Of a DNA stretch of 64,000 nt, positions 9,784 through 17,375 are shown piece after piece. Source of the stretch: Dehalococcoidia bacterium (lineage in GTDB: Bacteria > Chloroflexota > Dehalococcoidia > UBA2979); assembly GCA_020845735.1 (NCBI GenBank), contig JADLFF010000037.1:2615-66614 (forward strand), in the 5' to 3' direction. The position numbers and the translations under genes are program-made. Numbering within the stretch: position 1 is the stretch's first letter; every line of letters begins with the position of its first letter. The notes under the pieces were generated by a model that ran no database searches, had not been told where the DNA came from, and saw only the letters and a program-made list of their open reading frames with translations.

Positions 9784-9840
9784 GGGACGGTCATGGGCCC
9801 GAGCGCAGCGAGCCGGGGGCGGGGAGGCCTTGACCGTCCC
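9784..9840 (+). terminator. GC-rich hairpin (9-bp stem GGGACGGTC/GACCGTCCC, long loop) just after the stop of the T4CP-like gene
   Basis: Inverted repeat read directly from the sequence. No U-tract, as is common in high-GC actinobacteria. Confidence 0.3.
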
Positions 9841-9922
9841 CGTCCGGATTACCCTCTTTCTCGGGTGGGGAAGGCAAGACGCTGGCCGCACCCCACCGTT
9901 CCCTGCGAGCCCCGGGGCGCTC

Positions 9923-9953
9923 GATTTGGTATACTGCATATACATTTGTTGGT
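9923..9953 (+). promoter_or_regulatory. AT-rich promoter/operator-like island (TTTGGTATACTGCATATACATTTGTTGGTATGG) immediately upstream of ORF 9954
   Basis: Striking AT-rich 31-mer in GC-rich DNA. Contains TATACT (-10-like), the GTATAC palindrome and the repeated half-sites TTGGTAT. Confidence 0.4.
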
Positions 9954-10466
9954 ATGGAACGGGACCCTGAAGATCATCCGCGACCGAGCGAGCGCTCGGA
10001 ACTGATCGCTTCTCAAGAGCGGGCGCTGACCGTGGCGGTGGTCATGCTGCTCGACGCGCTCGACCGCTGCGGGGGCCACGAGGCCGGCTGTCCCGAGTGC
10101 GGCCCGGCACGGGCACTCGCCTTTGAGACGCTCGCCTCCAGTCCGGGGCTGACTACCGCGCAGGAGCGGAAACCCGAACGTCTGCAGATCCGCGGGCGCG
10201 CGGGGGCGGCACCGGCTTTTGGGAGCACCCGGCGTGGCGCGGCAGTGGCGCGCTTCCCGCTTGCCGTGCACGACCAGACGGGTACGACGACGTGGCACAC
10301 CGTGGTGGCGTTCGGGGATCGAGCCGAGCGGCTGCGCGGCGCGGTCGGACGTGGAGATGCGCTCGAGGTCGTGGGCTACTTCCATGAGCGAGCCGTCCGC
10401 GCGCGCGGGGGTCGGCCCCGCCAGGTCCGTGAGCTCTACGCGGCGGCGGTGCGGCCGCTAGTGTGA
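9954..10466 (+). CDS. Hypothetical protein with C-terminal SSB-like OB-fold (ssDNA-binding-like)
   Basis: C-terminal ARFPLAVHDQTGTTTWHTVVAFGDRAERL...GDALEVVGYFHER...RPRQVRELYAAAVRP resembles the SSB core (RFSLAV...WHRVV.FGKLAE...G..V.VEG.L). The N-terminal half has no recognisable domain. Confidence 0.35.
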   Translation: MERDPEDHPRPSERSELIASQERALTVAVVMLLDALDRCGGHEAGCPECGPARALAFETLASSPGLTTAQERKPERLQIRGRAGAAPAFGSTRRGAAVARFPLAVHDQTGTTTWHTVVAFGDRAERLRGAVGRGDALEVVGYFHERAVRARGGRPRQVRELYAAAVRPLV

Positions 10467-10469
10467 CCG

Positions 10470-11138
10470 ATTGGTGCCCGTCAGGCACCGCCATCGTTCG
10501 CGACCGAGCGATCGGCCCGGCGGTGCTGTTCGCGACCGTCGCCACACCCGGAACGGGTGCCCGCGCGGAGCGCCTCTTCCTGCCTGCCGAGGGGGTCAAG
10601 GGGGAATCGGCAGGTGGTCGGCCCCCCGCCGGGGGGTGCCCTCTCGCCGCCGCGATGGCAGCACGTCGGATGAGTACAAACAGTGCTCAGTGGAGAGACA
10701 ACGTGGATGCAGAGGCGAGAGGGCGGGGGGAGTGGGCGGCAACGCCGCAGGCGTTAGGAGCGAGCTCCGGGCTGCCCACTCCCCCCGCCCGCAGGGCACC
10801 ATCCGAGGCCCAGCCTCGGACATCCCCCTTGCTTCTGTCCGTCAGGACCATCCGGCGGGTCGCGCCGACTAGGGTGTCGACTTCTAGTCGAGACTCTAGT
10901 CGGTCGGGGGGCGGTTCGGTGTTCCCCGCAACCTCCCTTCTCCTCTTGCTTTTGCATTGTCCCGGCTGGGTCTTCTTTCAATGAGTATGTTTCGTCTGTG
11001 TATTCTTCCGCACCGTCGCACGCGCGGATCAGCCCGTCGTCATCCGCCGATTCGAACCGTGCGGAAGTCGCGATTCCCGACTTCTGGACGTCGTGATTGC
11101 CGACATCTGGATGTCAAGAAATACGACATCAGCCTGGG
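10470..11138. other. About 670-bp non-coding region rich in inverted and direct repeats between convergent genes (candidate oriT / origin / ncRNA locus of the mobile-element-like module)
   Basis: 17-bp perfect stem 10721–10737 / 10774–10790 with a nested hairpin AACGCC-gcag-GGCGTT (10741–10755). Palindrome cluster CCGACTAG...GTCGAC...CTAGTCGG at 10865–10903. Two 16-bp palindromic sites CCGACTTCTGGACGTCG (11078–11093) and CCGACATCTGGATGTC (11100–11115) spaced 22 bp, plus a third half-site at 11123–11130. Track ORFs here are low-complexity and on both strands. Confidence 0.45.
10473..10489 (+). terminator. Stem-loop GGTGCC-cgtca-GGCACC 7 nt after the ssb-like stop
   Basis: Perfect 6-bp GC-rich inverted repeat directly downstream of the TGA at 10464–10466. 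Confidence 0.3.
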
Positions 11139-11489
11139 TCAGCGGTTGGGCGTGCTTTGAACGCGGAAGCGGAGGGTGTAGCGGTTCGTCTTGCCGAGGC
11201 CCAATCGCTTGACCTGCACGAAGCCGGCGCGTTCGAGTTGATGGATGAAGGCGACCACGCTCTGACGGCTCACACCGATGTCGCGCGCGAGGGTCTCTTG
11301 CCCGGGGAAGCAGAAGTCGTTGTGCCAGGCGTAGGAAAGGAACATCGCGTAGGTGAGCTTGGCGCCCATGCTCAGGCTGCTGCTGCGCAGAATGAAGTTC
11401 GGGACCTGAGTGAACCCCTCAGCGAGAACCGGGTCGTGCGCCTCGAGCACGATCGTGCGCTCGCGGAGCAGGTCGCCGATCGACTTCAC
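11139..11489 (-). CDS. Winged helix-turn-helix protein (phage/plasmid replication-initiator RepA_N/DnaD-like HTH)
   Basis: GFTQVPNFILRS...AKLTYAMFLSYAWH...CFPGQETLARDIGVSRQSVVAFIHQLERAGFV is the typical RepA_N-like wHTH pattern. GTG start; GTGA overlap with the upstream gene. Confidence 0.5.
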   Translation of the reverse strand: MKSIGDLLRERTIVLEAHDPVLAEGFTQVPNFILRSSSLSMGAKLTYAMFLSYAWHNDFCFPGQETLARDIGVSRQSVVAFIHQLERAGFVQVKRLGLGKTNRYTLRFRVQSTPNR

Positions 11490-11995
11490 GATCGGCCCTC
11501 CTCGTCGAGCACCTCGGTGGTCGCCGACCCGCGCACGAGCGTGCGGTAGACGACCGACTCTTCCCAGGCGCTCTCACAGTCGGCGCGGAGGAGGTCGAGC
11601 GCAACCTGAACGAGCGCGTTCGCAGTGATCCTGGCGCCGTAGCGCTCCTCCAGCTCGAGCTTGAGGTGGCTCATCCAGCGGGCTTGATCGACGTAGATGT
11701 CGTGGGAGTAGCGACGCGCGCGACGTGGCGTGGTGGCGCTGGGCGTGGCCTGACCCGTTCCAAGCTCCGGGCGTACGGGCGCACCGGCGTTCGGACCCAC
11801 GCCCGCACGAGTGCTCGAGGGTGCGGGCGTTCCAGCGAGCGAGGCAGCACGTCCACGGGTGAGCGTCGAGCCCAGTCTGGGTGCGGGCGAGCCTTCGACT
11901 GCCGGTTCCGTCGGTGATGGCTGGCTGAAGAGCCGTTGTTCGCGTCCCGGCGTCTGCGCGCTGAGCTTGAGGCCGGAGAAAACGCTATCGGACAT
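11486..11995 (-). CDS. Hypothetical protein (start trimmed to MSDSVF, preceded by a GGAGG RBS)
   Basis: The track ORF runs to 12205, but its first 70 residues are R/S-rich shadow sequence. ATG at 11995 has GGAGG 7 nt upstream. No recognisable domain. Confidence 0.3.
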   Translation of the reverse strand: MSDSVFSGLKLSAQTPGREQRLFSQPSPTEPAVEGSPAPRLGSTLTRGRAASLAGTPAPSSTRAGVGPNAGAPVRPELGTGQATPSATTPRRARRYSHDIYVDQARWMSHLKLELEERYGARITANALVQVALDLLRADCESAWEESVVYRTLVRGSATTEVLDEEGRS

Positions 11996-12839
11996 CGGCG
12001 GCCTCCTTCCTCGCGAGGTTCTCGCGTCGATCGTCGGCGACGCTCTGGACGATCGCTCGGCTGACGGTTCGGGATTGCCGGTGGAACGCGAGCAGGAGCG
12101 AATTGTCGGCGAGGATGTTCGCCTCGCGCGGCGTCCCTTCGGACTGCTCGAAGATCGTCGCGACCGCGTCTCGGCTGAACGGATGGTGTCCCCCGCCCGA
12201 GGCAACCTGCCAGCGGAAGCGCAGCATCGCGTGCAGCTCGTCGAGGGACAGCCGCTCGAGCGTGGAGGCCATCACGATCCGGCTGCGGAAGTTCCGCAGC
12301 GCCGGGCGCGCGAGCGTGTTGCGGAGCTCGTCCTGTGCGAAGAGCACGAGCTGCAGAAGCTTGCTGTCGTTCGTCTCGAAGTTGATGAGCTGCCGGAGCA
12401 GTTCGAGGAGTGGGGGGCGTAGGGCCTGCGCCTCGTCAATGATGAGCACGACCGTGCGTCGCTCGGTCGCCGCGGTCGACCACAGGTGGTCCTTCAGCGT
12501 GTCGAGCGTGCCCTTGAAGCTGCGGCTCGTCCTCGGCGTGCCGAGCTCCTGCGCGATCGTGCGCAGCAGGCTGTTGGGTGTGGGGTAGTTCGGGTTGACC
12601 AGCAGCGCGGACAGGAAACCCGCGTCGAGGAACTTCTGGTGGAGCAGGCGCGCGAGCGACGACTTGCCCGTGCCGGTGTCGCCGTGCACGACGGCGAGGC
12701 CCTTGTGCGCCGCCACGACGTACGCCGTCTTCTCAAGGGCGGTGGAGTGCATCGCGGTCAGGAAGAAGTAGCGCGGTGAAGGGACCGTGGAGAACGGTTC
12801 CTCCTTCAGACCGAAGTACGCGAGATGGGGCAAATCCAT
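11985..12839 (-). CDS. ExeA/GspA-like AAA ATPase (AAA_22 family)
   Basis: N-terminus MDLPHLAYFGLKEEPFS matches the ExeA-type YLxHFGLxExPF start. Walker A GDTGTGKSSL, Walker B VLIIDEAQAL. Track start 12953 trimmed to the ATG at 12839. Confidence 0.7.
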   Translation of the reverse strand: MDLPHLAYFGLKEEPFSTVPSPRYFFLTAMHSTALEKTAYVVAAHKGLAVVHGDTGTGKSSLARLLHQKFLDAGFLSALLVNPNYPTPNSLLRTIAQELGTPRTSRSFKGTLDTLKDHLWSTAATERRTVVLIIDEAQALRPPLLELLRQLINFETNDSKLLQLVLFAQDELRNTLARPALRNFRSRIVMASTLERLSLDELHAMLRFRWQVASGGGHHPFSRDAVATIFEQSEGTPREANILADNSLLLAFHRQSRTVSRAIVQSVADDRRENLARKEAADVR

Positions 12840-12922
12840 AGGTGAGGCGCCGAACTTGGGCCAGGTCGCGGAGCGAGGGGCCAGAGTTGGCGCAAATTCA
12901 TTGTATAGCACGGACGTGATGA

Positions 12923-13192
12923 TTGCAAGAAGTCCCGTGCGCCTCGTCCACACGGGGGTGCGCGACTAGATTCGGGGCTGACGGACAGGAGCAGGCCTCG
13001 AACGAGGAGTGGATCTCGCTCTCGGAGGCGGCCGAGCGCAGCGGTCTGAGCACGAGCTACCTTCGGCGGCTCTGCCGGCGGGAGGTCATCTTCGCCCGGA
13101 AGTTCGGGCAAGACTGGCTCACGACCTGGGACGCAGTGGCCGCCTACCTCGGGGACCCCGACAAGCGGAAGCGGGGACCCCGAGCTCGATAG
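12923..13192 (+). CDS. Small helix-turn-helix DNA-binding protein (excisionase/AlpA-like)
   Basis: ISLSEAAERSGLSTSYLRRLCRREVIFARKFGQDWL is an HTH_17/Xis-like pattern. TTG start in track; true start uncertain. Confidence 0.4.
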   Translation: MQEVPCASSTRGCATRFGADGQEQASNEEWISLSEAAERSGLSTSYLRRLCRREVIFARKFGQDWLTTWDAVAAYLGDPDKRKRGPRAR

Positions 13193-13317
13193 CCACCCTT
13201 GTATTTGTTCCGACACCGGACCTAATATACGCGGGCGTTGACGAGAGGAGGGCATCCATGGTCGGGGCCGGTGGTGGCAGCTGAACGGAAGGCGGGCTGG
13301 AGCCCGCCTTCTTCGTG

Positions 13318-13869
13318 CTACCAGTCCCACAGGATCGTGAAACGCTGCCCCAGTCGTGGGGCTTGCTCCGAGTATCCGATGCACTGGCGTCGATCGTCCG
13401 TCCAGGTGGGCGGGACCAGGACTCCTTCAGGTTCGTCGAGCGTCACGACACGCGCGAGCTTGACTGGTCGCTCGGCGGGAAGCAGCACCCCGAGGTCGAG
13501 CGAGTCGGTGGGGTGATAGAGCTCGGCCTCCAGCCACCACTCCGAGGGTGACTCGAATCCGCGCTGAACGAGGCGCTCAATCGTGAACGTGTGCACATCA
13601 CCTGCTCGTTGTCGGGCGGGCAGCGCCACTGTCGAGCGCAGCCGGGGACCGATCAAGTGCCTCGCCGTGAGTTTCCCAGGGTCGACATCGTGGTCCGCAA
13701 AGGCGATCCCGTCGCCCCACCCATAGTCGAAGATTTTGTCCGCATCCTTGAGGAACTCGACCGTCTCGGTTCGTGTGTAACGCGCTCGCTCTCCTGACAG
13801 GTCGAGGAGCTCTACACGCGCTGCATACCGCAACACACGGTAGGTGAAGGATGGTCGCGGTCGGTCCAT
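13318..13869 (-). CDS. Hypothetical protein (183 aa), divergent from the second T4CP-like gene
   Basis: Coding-like composition. No recognisable motif. Confidence 0.3.
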   Translation of the reverse strand: MDRPRPSFTYRVLRYAARVELLDLSGERARYTRTETVEFLKDADKIFDYGWGDGIAFADHDVDPGKLTARHLIGPRLRSTVALPARQRAGDVHTFTIERLVQRGFESPSEWWLEAELYHPTDSLDLGVLLPAERPVKLARVVTLDEPEGVLVPPTWTDDRRQCIGYSEQAPRLGQRFTILWDW

Positions 13870-14012
13870 AGCTCATTTTACCGGTCGCGGTCAGAGCGAT
13901 TTCACTTTGGCGCGCCACGGCGGGCTGCACGGGGCCTTGACAGCCTTCCGAATCGCCTCGGTCCGCCCCGCGATCGCTACGCTCTCGCCGAGACTGTTGT
14001 CCGGGACGAGGG

Positions 14013-16217
14013 ATGCATCCGGTGGCAGACGGCAAGATTGATCTCGGAGTTGAGCTGTTCAATGGAGAACCGGTGCGGCTCGGCCTCCGTGAACGTCAGC
14101 AAGGCACCTACATCCTCGGGAAGCCCGGCACGGGCAAGACGACACTGATAGAGCGCATGGTGCTGCAGGACATCGAAGCCGGGCACGGCGTCTGCGTGCT
14201 CGATCCCCACGGTGACCTCGTCGATGGCGTACTCGTCCAGATCCCAGCGCACCGCGAGCACGATGTGATCCTGCTCGACGCCGCGGACACGGACTTCCCG
14301 TTCGGCCTCAACCTCTTCGAGTGCCGCGACCTCACCGATCGGACTCTCGTCGGCCGAATCGCCGCCCAGGCCGTGGAGGTCTTCGAGAAGCTGTGGGGCG
14401 ATATTTCGTGGGGCCCGCAGCTGGCGCAGACGCTCCGTAACAGCGCCTACACGATGATTGAGAACGTGGGGTACACGCTCCTCGAGGTGCGGCGGCTGCT
14501 ACTTGATGAGGAGTTCCGGGCGCGACTGACGGCGAACCTCACGCTCGGCCAGGTGCGTGAGTTCTGGGAGCTCGAGTACAACCCCCTTCTACGCCGCGAA
14601 CAGCAGCAGCGTGTGAGTTCCACACTGAACAAGATTGATGAGTTCCTCACGCCGGCGGTCTACCCGATCGTGGGGCTCGGACGCACCACCGTCGACTTCC
14701 GGGCCGCAATGGACGCGGGCAAAGTCGTGCTCGTGAAGCTGCCGGTGGGTGTGCTCGGGGGCGATCCGGTCGCGCTGATCGGCTCGATGATCGTCGCGCA
14801 GATATTCAACGCCGCGCTTTCGCGCCAGGAACTCGACCCCGGCGCGCGCCGCCAATTCAATCTGTTCGCCGACGAGTACCACCGATTCGCGACGCCGACC
14901 TTCGCCGAGCTCCTCGCGGAAGCGCGCAAGTACGGCCTCGCTACCTTGCTCGCTCACCAGTTTCGGGACCAGCTCGACGAGCAGAACCGCGGCGCGACGC
15001 TGACCGCGGGGAACCTCCTCGTGTTCGGCGTGGGCGGCGGCGATGCCGAGGAGCTGGCGAAGCAGTTCGACCGCACGCCGCCCCCGCCAGACGTCGTGGG
15101 GCAACGGCCGAAGCTCACCGTGAACCAACGGCCGATCGAGCACCTGGTGAGACACGGACACGACAGCGACTTCGTACGCAGGGCGGTCGCCGCCTGGGTG
15201 CAACCGCTCGCGCATCGGGTGGAGACGATGCCCTCGGGCGGGGTGGCTGCCTCGACGCTACGCGTTCCAATCGAAGGACGCACCTCACCGATCGAGGTGG
15301 AATACGTCGCCGATGGCGGTTCGCTCCGGGCCGGCGCGGCGGCGATCGACGGCTTCTTGGTCAACGTGATGGAGCGGCGACTGAACCTTGGTACTGCGGC
15401 CGAGATCAGCGCGATCGCCCACGTGATTGCGCTCTTGCGAGCGCATATCTGCTTCGCGCCAGAACTGACCTTTTACGACGTTGATTACCCGTCTGTGCTC
15501 TCGGATCCCTCGCTGGAGTTGCCAGAGGCTACATCGCGCGCGCTGCTCGCATTCTTGACAGACTGGCTTCCCGATCGGGCGGCGCACCGGAACGCCGAGA
15601 GTCACACACGCGCGGGCGTTCTCGCACACCCAGCGGCGTCGCGGCTCGTCGAGGCGAGACTCTCTCACCTGAAATGGATCGACCAGCAAGAACAGGGCAT
15701 GGCGGAGTCCGAGGCGCTCAGGAATGCGGGGCCATTCACGACCGATCTCGCTCCGTTCGTCGATGAGGAACGACGAGAACGCGCGAGGGGTCATCCACAC
15801 CGCGCGGGCACCGAAACCTACGCCGCCGCGCGGCTCGCGTGGCAGTTGCACACGCTTGCCCTGGCTCTGCTGCGGGAGCCCATCTTTGTCGACAGCGGTC
15901 AGTGGGAGCCGATCTACGACCGTCCTCGCTCCTACGCGGACGTCGAGGGCGAGATTGCGTCGCGGTTGGTGAACTTACCGAAGTACCAAGCTCGAGGACG
16001 GCTGCTCGTCGACACCAACGTGCGCGAGGTCGACGTACAGACGCCAACCTTCGAGAACAGGCAGGCGACCGAGGAAGGCATCGCGCGCGCCGAGCGAATC
16101 CGAGCTCGCTCCCGGAGGGACTACTGCCTTCCGCTCGCGCGGGTCCTCGAGATCATCGCAGCGCGCGGGCGCGACGATCCACCACAAGAATCGACGCGGC
16201 GACGGGTTCCGATCTAG
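14013..16217 (+). CDS. TrwB/TraD-like (type IV coupling protein-like) AAA ATPase, soluble, paralog 2, with about 350-aa C-terminal extension
   Basis: Walker A YILGKPGTGKTTL then VLDPHGDL. Walker B-like FNLFADEYHRF then ARKYGLATLLAHQF, collinear with paralog 1 (8342–9775). No TM segment. C-terminal 350 aa without recognisable domain. Stop codon abuts the tRNA-like repeat A. Confidence 0.65.
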   Translation: MHPVADGKIDLGVELFNGEPVRLGLRERQQGTYILGKPGTGKTTLIERMVLQDIEAGHGVCVLDPHGDLVDGVLVQIPAHREHDVILLDAADTDFPFGLNLFECRDLTDRTLVGRIAAQAVEVFEKLWGDISWGPQLAQTLRNSAYTMIENVGYTLLEVRRLLLDEEFRARLTANLTLGQVREFWELEYNPLLRREQQQRVSSTLNKIDEFLTPAVYPIVGLGRTTVDFRAAMDAGKVVLVKLPVGVLGGDPVALIGSMIVAQIFNAALSRQELDPGARRQFNLFADEYHRFATPTFAELLAEARKYGLATLLAHQFRDQLDEQNRGATLTAGNLLVFGVGGGDAEELAKQFDRTPPPPDVVGQRPKLTVNQRPIEHLVRHGHDSDFVRRAVAAWVQPLAHRVETMPSGGVAASTLRVPIEGRTSPIEVEYVADGGSLRAGAAAIDGFLVNVMERRLNLGTAAEISAIAHVIALLRAHICFAPELTFYDVDYPSVLSDPSLELPEATSRALLAFLTDWLPDRAAHRNAESHTRAGVLAHPAASRLVEARLSHLKWIDQQEQGMAESEALRNAGPFTTDLAPFVDEERRERARGHPHRAGTETYAAARLAWQLHTLALALLREPIFVDSGQWEPIYDRPRSYADVEGEIASRLVNLPKYQARGRLLVDTNVREVDVQTPTFENRQATEEGIARAERIRARSRRDYCLPLARVLEIIAARGRDDPPQESTRRRVPI

Positions 16218-16272
16218 CCTCGGGAGACTTCTAATCCGAGAGCCGGAGGTTCGAATCCTCCCGGGGGCGCCA
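16217..16272 (+). repeat. 56-nt tRNA-like mini-element, copy A (acceptor-like 5' strand, T-arm GGAGG-TTCGAAT-CCTCC, acceptor 3' strand, G, CCA)
   Basis: GGTTCGAATCC T-loop plus CGGGGGC-G-CCA 3' end. The 5' GCCTCGG can pair with the 3' CGGGGGC (one G-G mismatch). No D-arm or canonical anticodon arm could be folded. About 85% identical to copy B at 20800–20855, with boundaries exactly at nt 1 and CCA. Confidence 0.45.
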
Positions 16273-16276
16273 GTAG

Positions 16277-16486
16277 CTAGAGTGTTAGGACCCGGCGAGC
16301 CCTTGCCAGCGCCTCTTCGAGCGCCGCTGCCTCGCCAGCGATCATGTCAGCTTCTCGCTCGAGTTCGGACCAGAAACGTTCGTGGAAGCTTCGCGCGGTG
16401 TCATCTCGCCAGTGCTCCGTCGCTGTTGCCCACTCCGCCTTGATCCGGCGGGCGTCGTCGGCCAACATCTCGGCCCCCCCTCCCAA
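16277..16486 (-). CDS. Small helical protein (69 aa), last gene of the FtsK/WXG-like operon
   Basis: Start 2 nt after the upstream stop. Helical, charged (AEWATATEHWRDDTARSFHERFWSELEREADMIAGEAAALEEALA). No database-level assignment possible. Confidence 0.35.
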   Translation of the reverse strand: MGGGAEMLADDARRIKAEWATATEHWRDDTARSFHERFWSELEREADMIAGEAAALEEALARARRVLTL

Positions 16487-16488
16487 CG

Positions 16489-17103
16489 TTAGTCCCCCTT
16501 CTCGCCGCGCCCCGATTCTTCGAGGCGCTCCGACGGGTTCGGGACGCGGAACACCGCATCCCGTCCGTATTTCCCTTGGGTGCCAATGCGCTCGCCTAGC
16601 GCCCTCTCGGCGTTGATGGCGCTGGGTGCGGGAACTCCAGCCGTCGTCGACACGACGAACGACTGGTACTGCTCGATGCTGGCCATCCGAGCGAGAAGGC
16701 CGTTCTGCATGGTCGAGATTGCGTGGCTCAGATATTCACGGTGGCGGACGGCACTGGGGCGGAAGAGGCGAGCTGCCTCGTCGACGGCGTTGGCGGCTCC
16801 CTCGACCGCGGCGAGGCGAACACCTGCGCGTTGCACCTCGTGCGCGAGACCGCTGCAGTCGGGGCCCTCTCCTCCTTCGGCCGCCAGGGCCGCTCGGATG
16901 CATGCAGCGTAGGCGGCCTCTGCCCGCGCGAGCACGCCTTGCGCCAGACGCCGAGCCTGCTCAATGTCCGACTTGGTACGGTCTAGATCGTTAATAGCGT
17001 TCCGTAACCCGGCGGTCTGGCGGTCGACGACCGAGAAAAGCTGCTGCCGAAGGCGGTCCAGAGCGCCGTAGGTGACCTCAACCTGGTCAGCCATCCGTCT
17101 CAA
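16489..17103 (-). CDS. Helical protein (204 aa) with WXG100/LXG-like N-terminal region, candidate secreted substrate/effector
   Basis: ATGA-type overlap with the upstream gene. N-terminus MADQVEVTYGALDRLRQQLFSV has the WXG100/LXG-style start (x-I-x-V-x-Y-x-x-L). The remainder is helical with a distinct C-terminal tail. Confidence 0.4.
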   Translation of the reverse strand: MRRMADQVEVTYGALDRLRQQLFSVVDRQTAGLRNAINDLDRTKSDIEQARRLAQGVLARAEAAYAACIRAALAAEGGEGPDCSGLAHEVQRAGVRLAAVEGAANAVDEAARLFRPSAVRHREYLSHAISTMQNGLLARMASIEQYQSFVVSTTAGVPAPSAINAERALGERIGTQGKYGRDAVFRVPNPSERLEESGRGEKGD

Positions 17104-17375
17104 GCCTCGAGGAACGCGCGTAGGCGTTCGATGAGTCGGAGGAGATGGCTTTCGTGGTCGTCGGTAACGGCGAGATAGCGTTCGATCCCCTTCCCGACTT
17201 CCTCTAGCGCCGTACCGAATTCCGCATACTTCTGGTCGGTCCAGGTTCCTCCGAGGTTCCGCCAGTCGGCGACCATGCCCCTGTACTCGGCCTCGAGCGT
17301 GTCATCGAAACGAATCAGATGGTTGCGAAAGTCGATGAGCGCTTGGACGCTCCCCACGCCAACGCGGTCACTCAT
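17100..17375 (-). CDS. WXG100-like small helical protein (91 aa)
   Basis: Trimmed from track ORF 17100..17612 to the ATG at 17375 (GAAGGAGA RBS 5 nt upstream; ATGAGTGA overlap with the FtsK-like stop). Helix-turn-helix hairpin layout with central DWRNLGGTWTDQKYAEF. About 90–100 aa, the size of ESAT-6-like proteins. Confidence 0.4.
   Translation of the reverse strand: MSDRVGVGSVQALIDFRNHLIRFDDTLEAEYRGMVADWRNLGGTWTDQKYAEFGTALEEVGKGIERYLAVTDDHESHLLRLIERLRAFLEA

Noticed and set aside
7438-16217. Integrase/recombinase or MOB relaxase within the element-like block
   Set aside because: Every ORF over 100 aa was scanned for the R..H..R..Y tyrosine-recombinase pattern, serine-recombinase N-termini and the relaxase HxH / 3-His motifs. 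None was found; the absence is reported as a finding.
16190-16272. Canonical tRNA gene (or tmRNA 3' end) at the repeat copies
   Set aside because: - No upstream sequence can form a 7-bp acceptor partner plus D-arm and anticodon arm.
- The CTTCTAA loop lacks a flanking 5-bp stem in copy B.
- The acceptor lacks the G3-U70 pair required for a tmRNA.
- No tag-peptide reading frame ending in AA-stop was found upstream of copy B.
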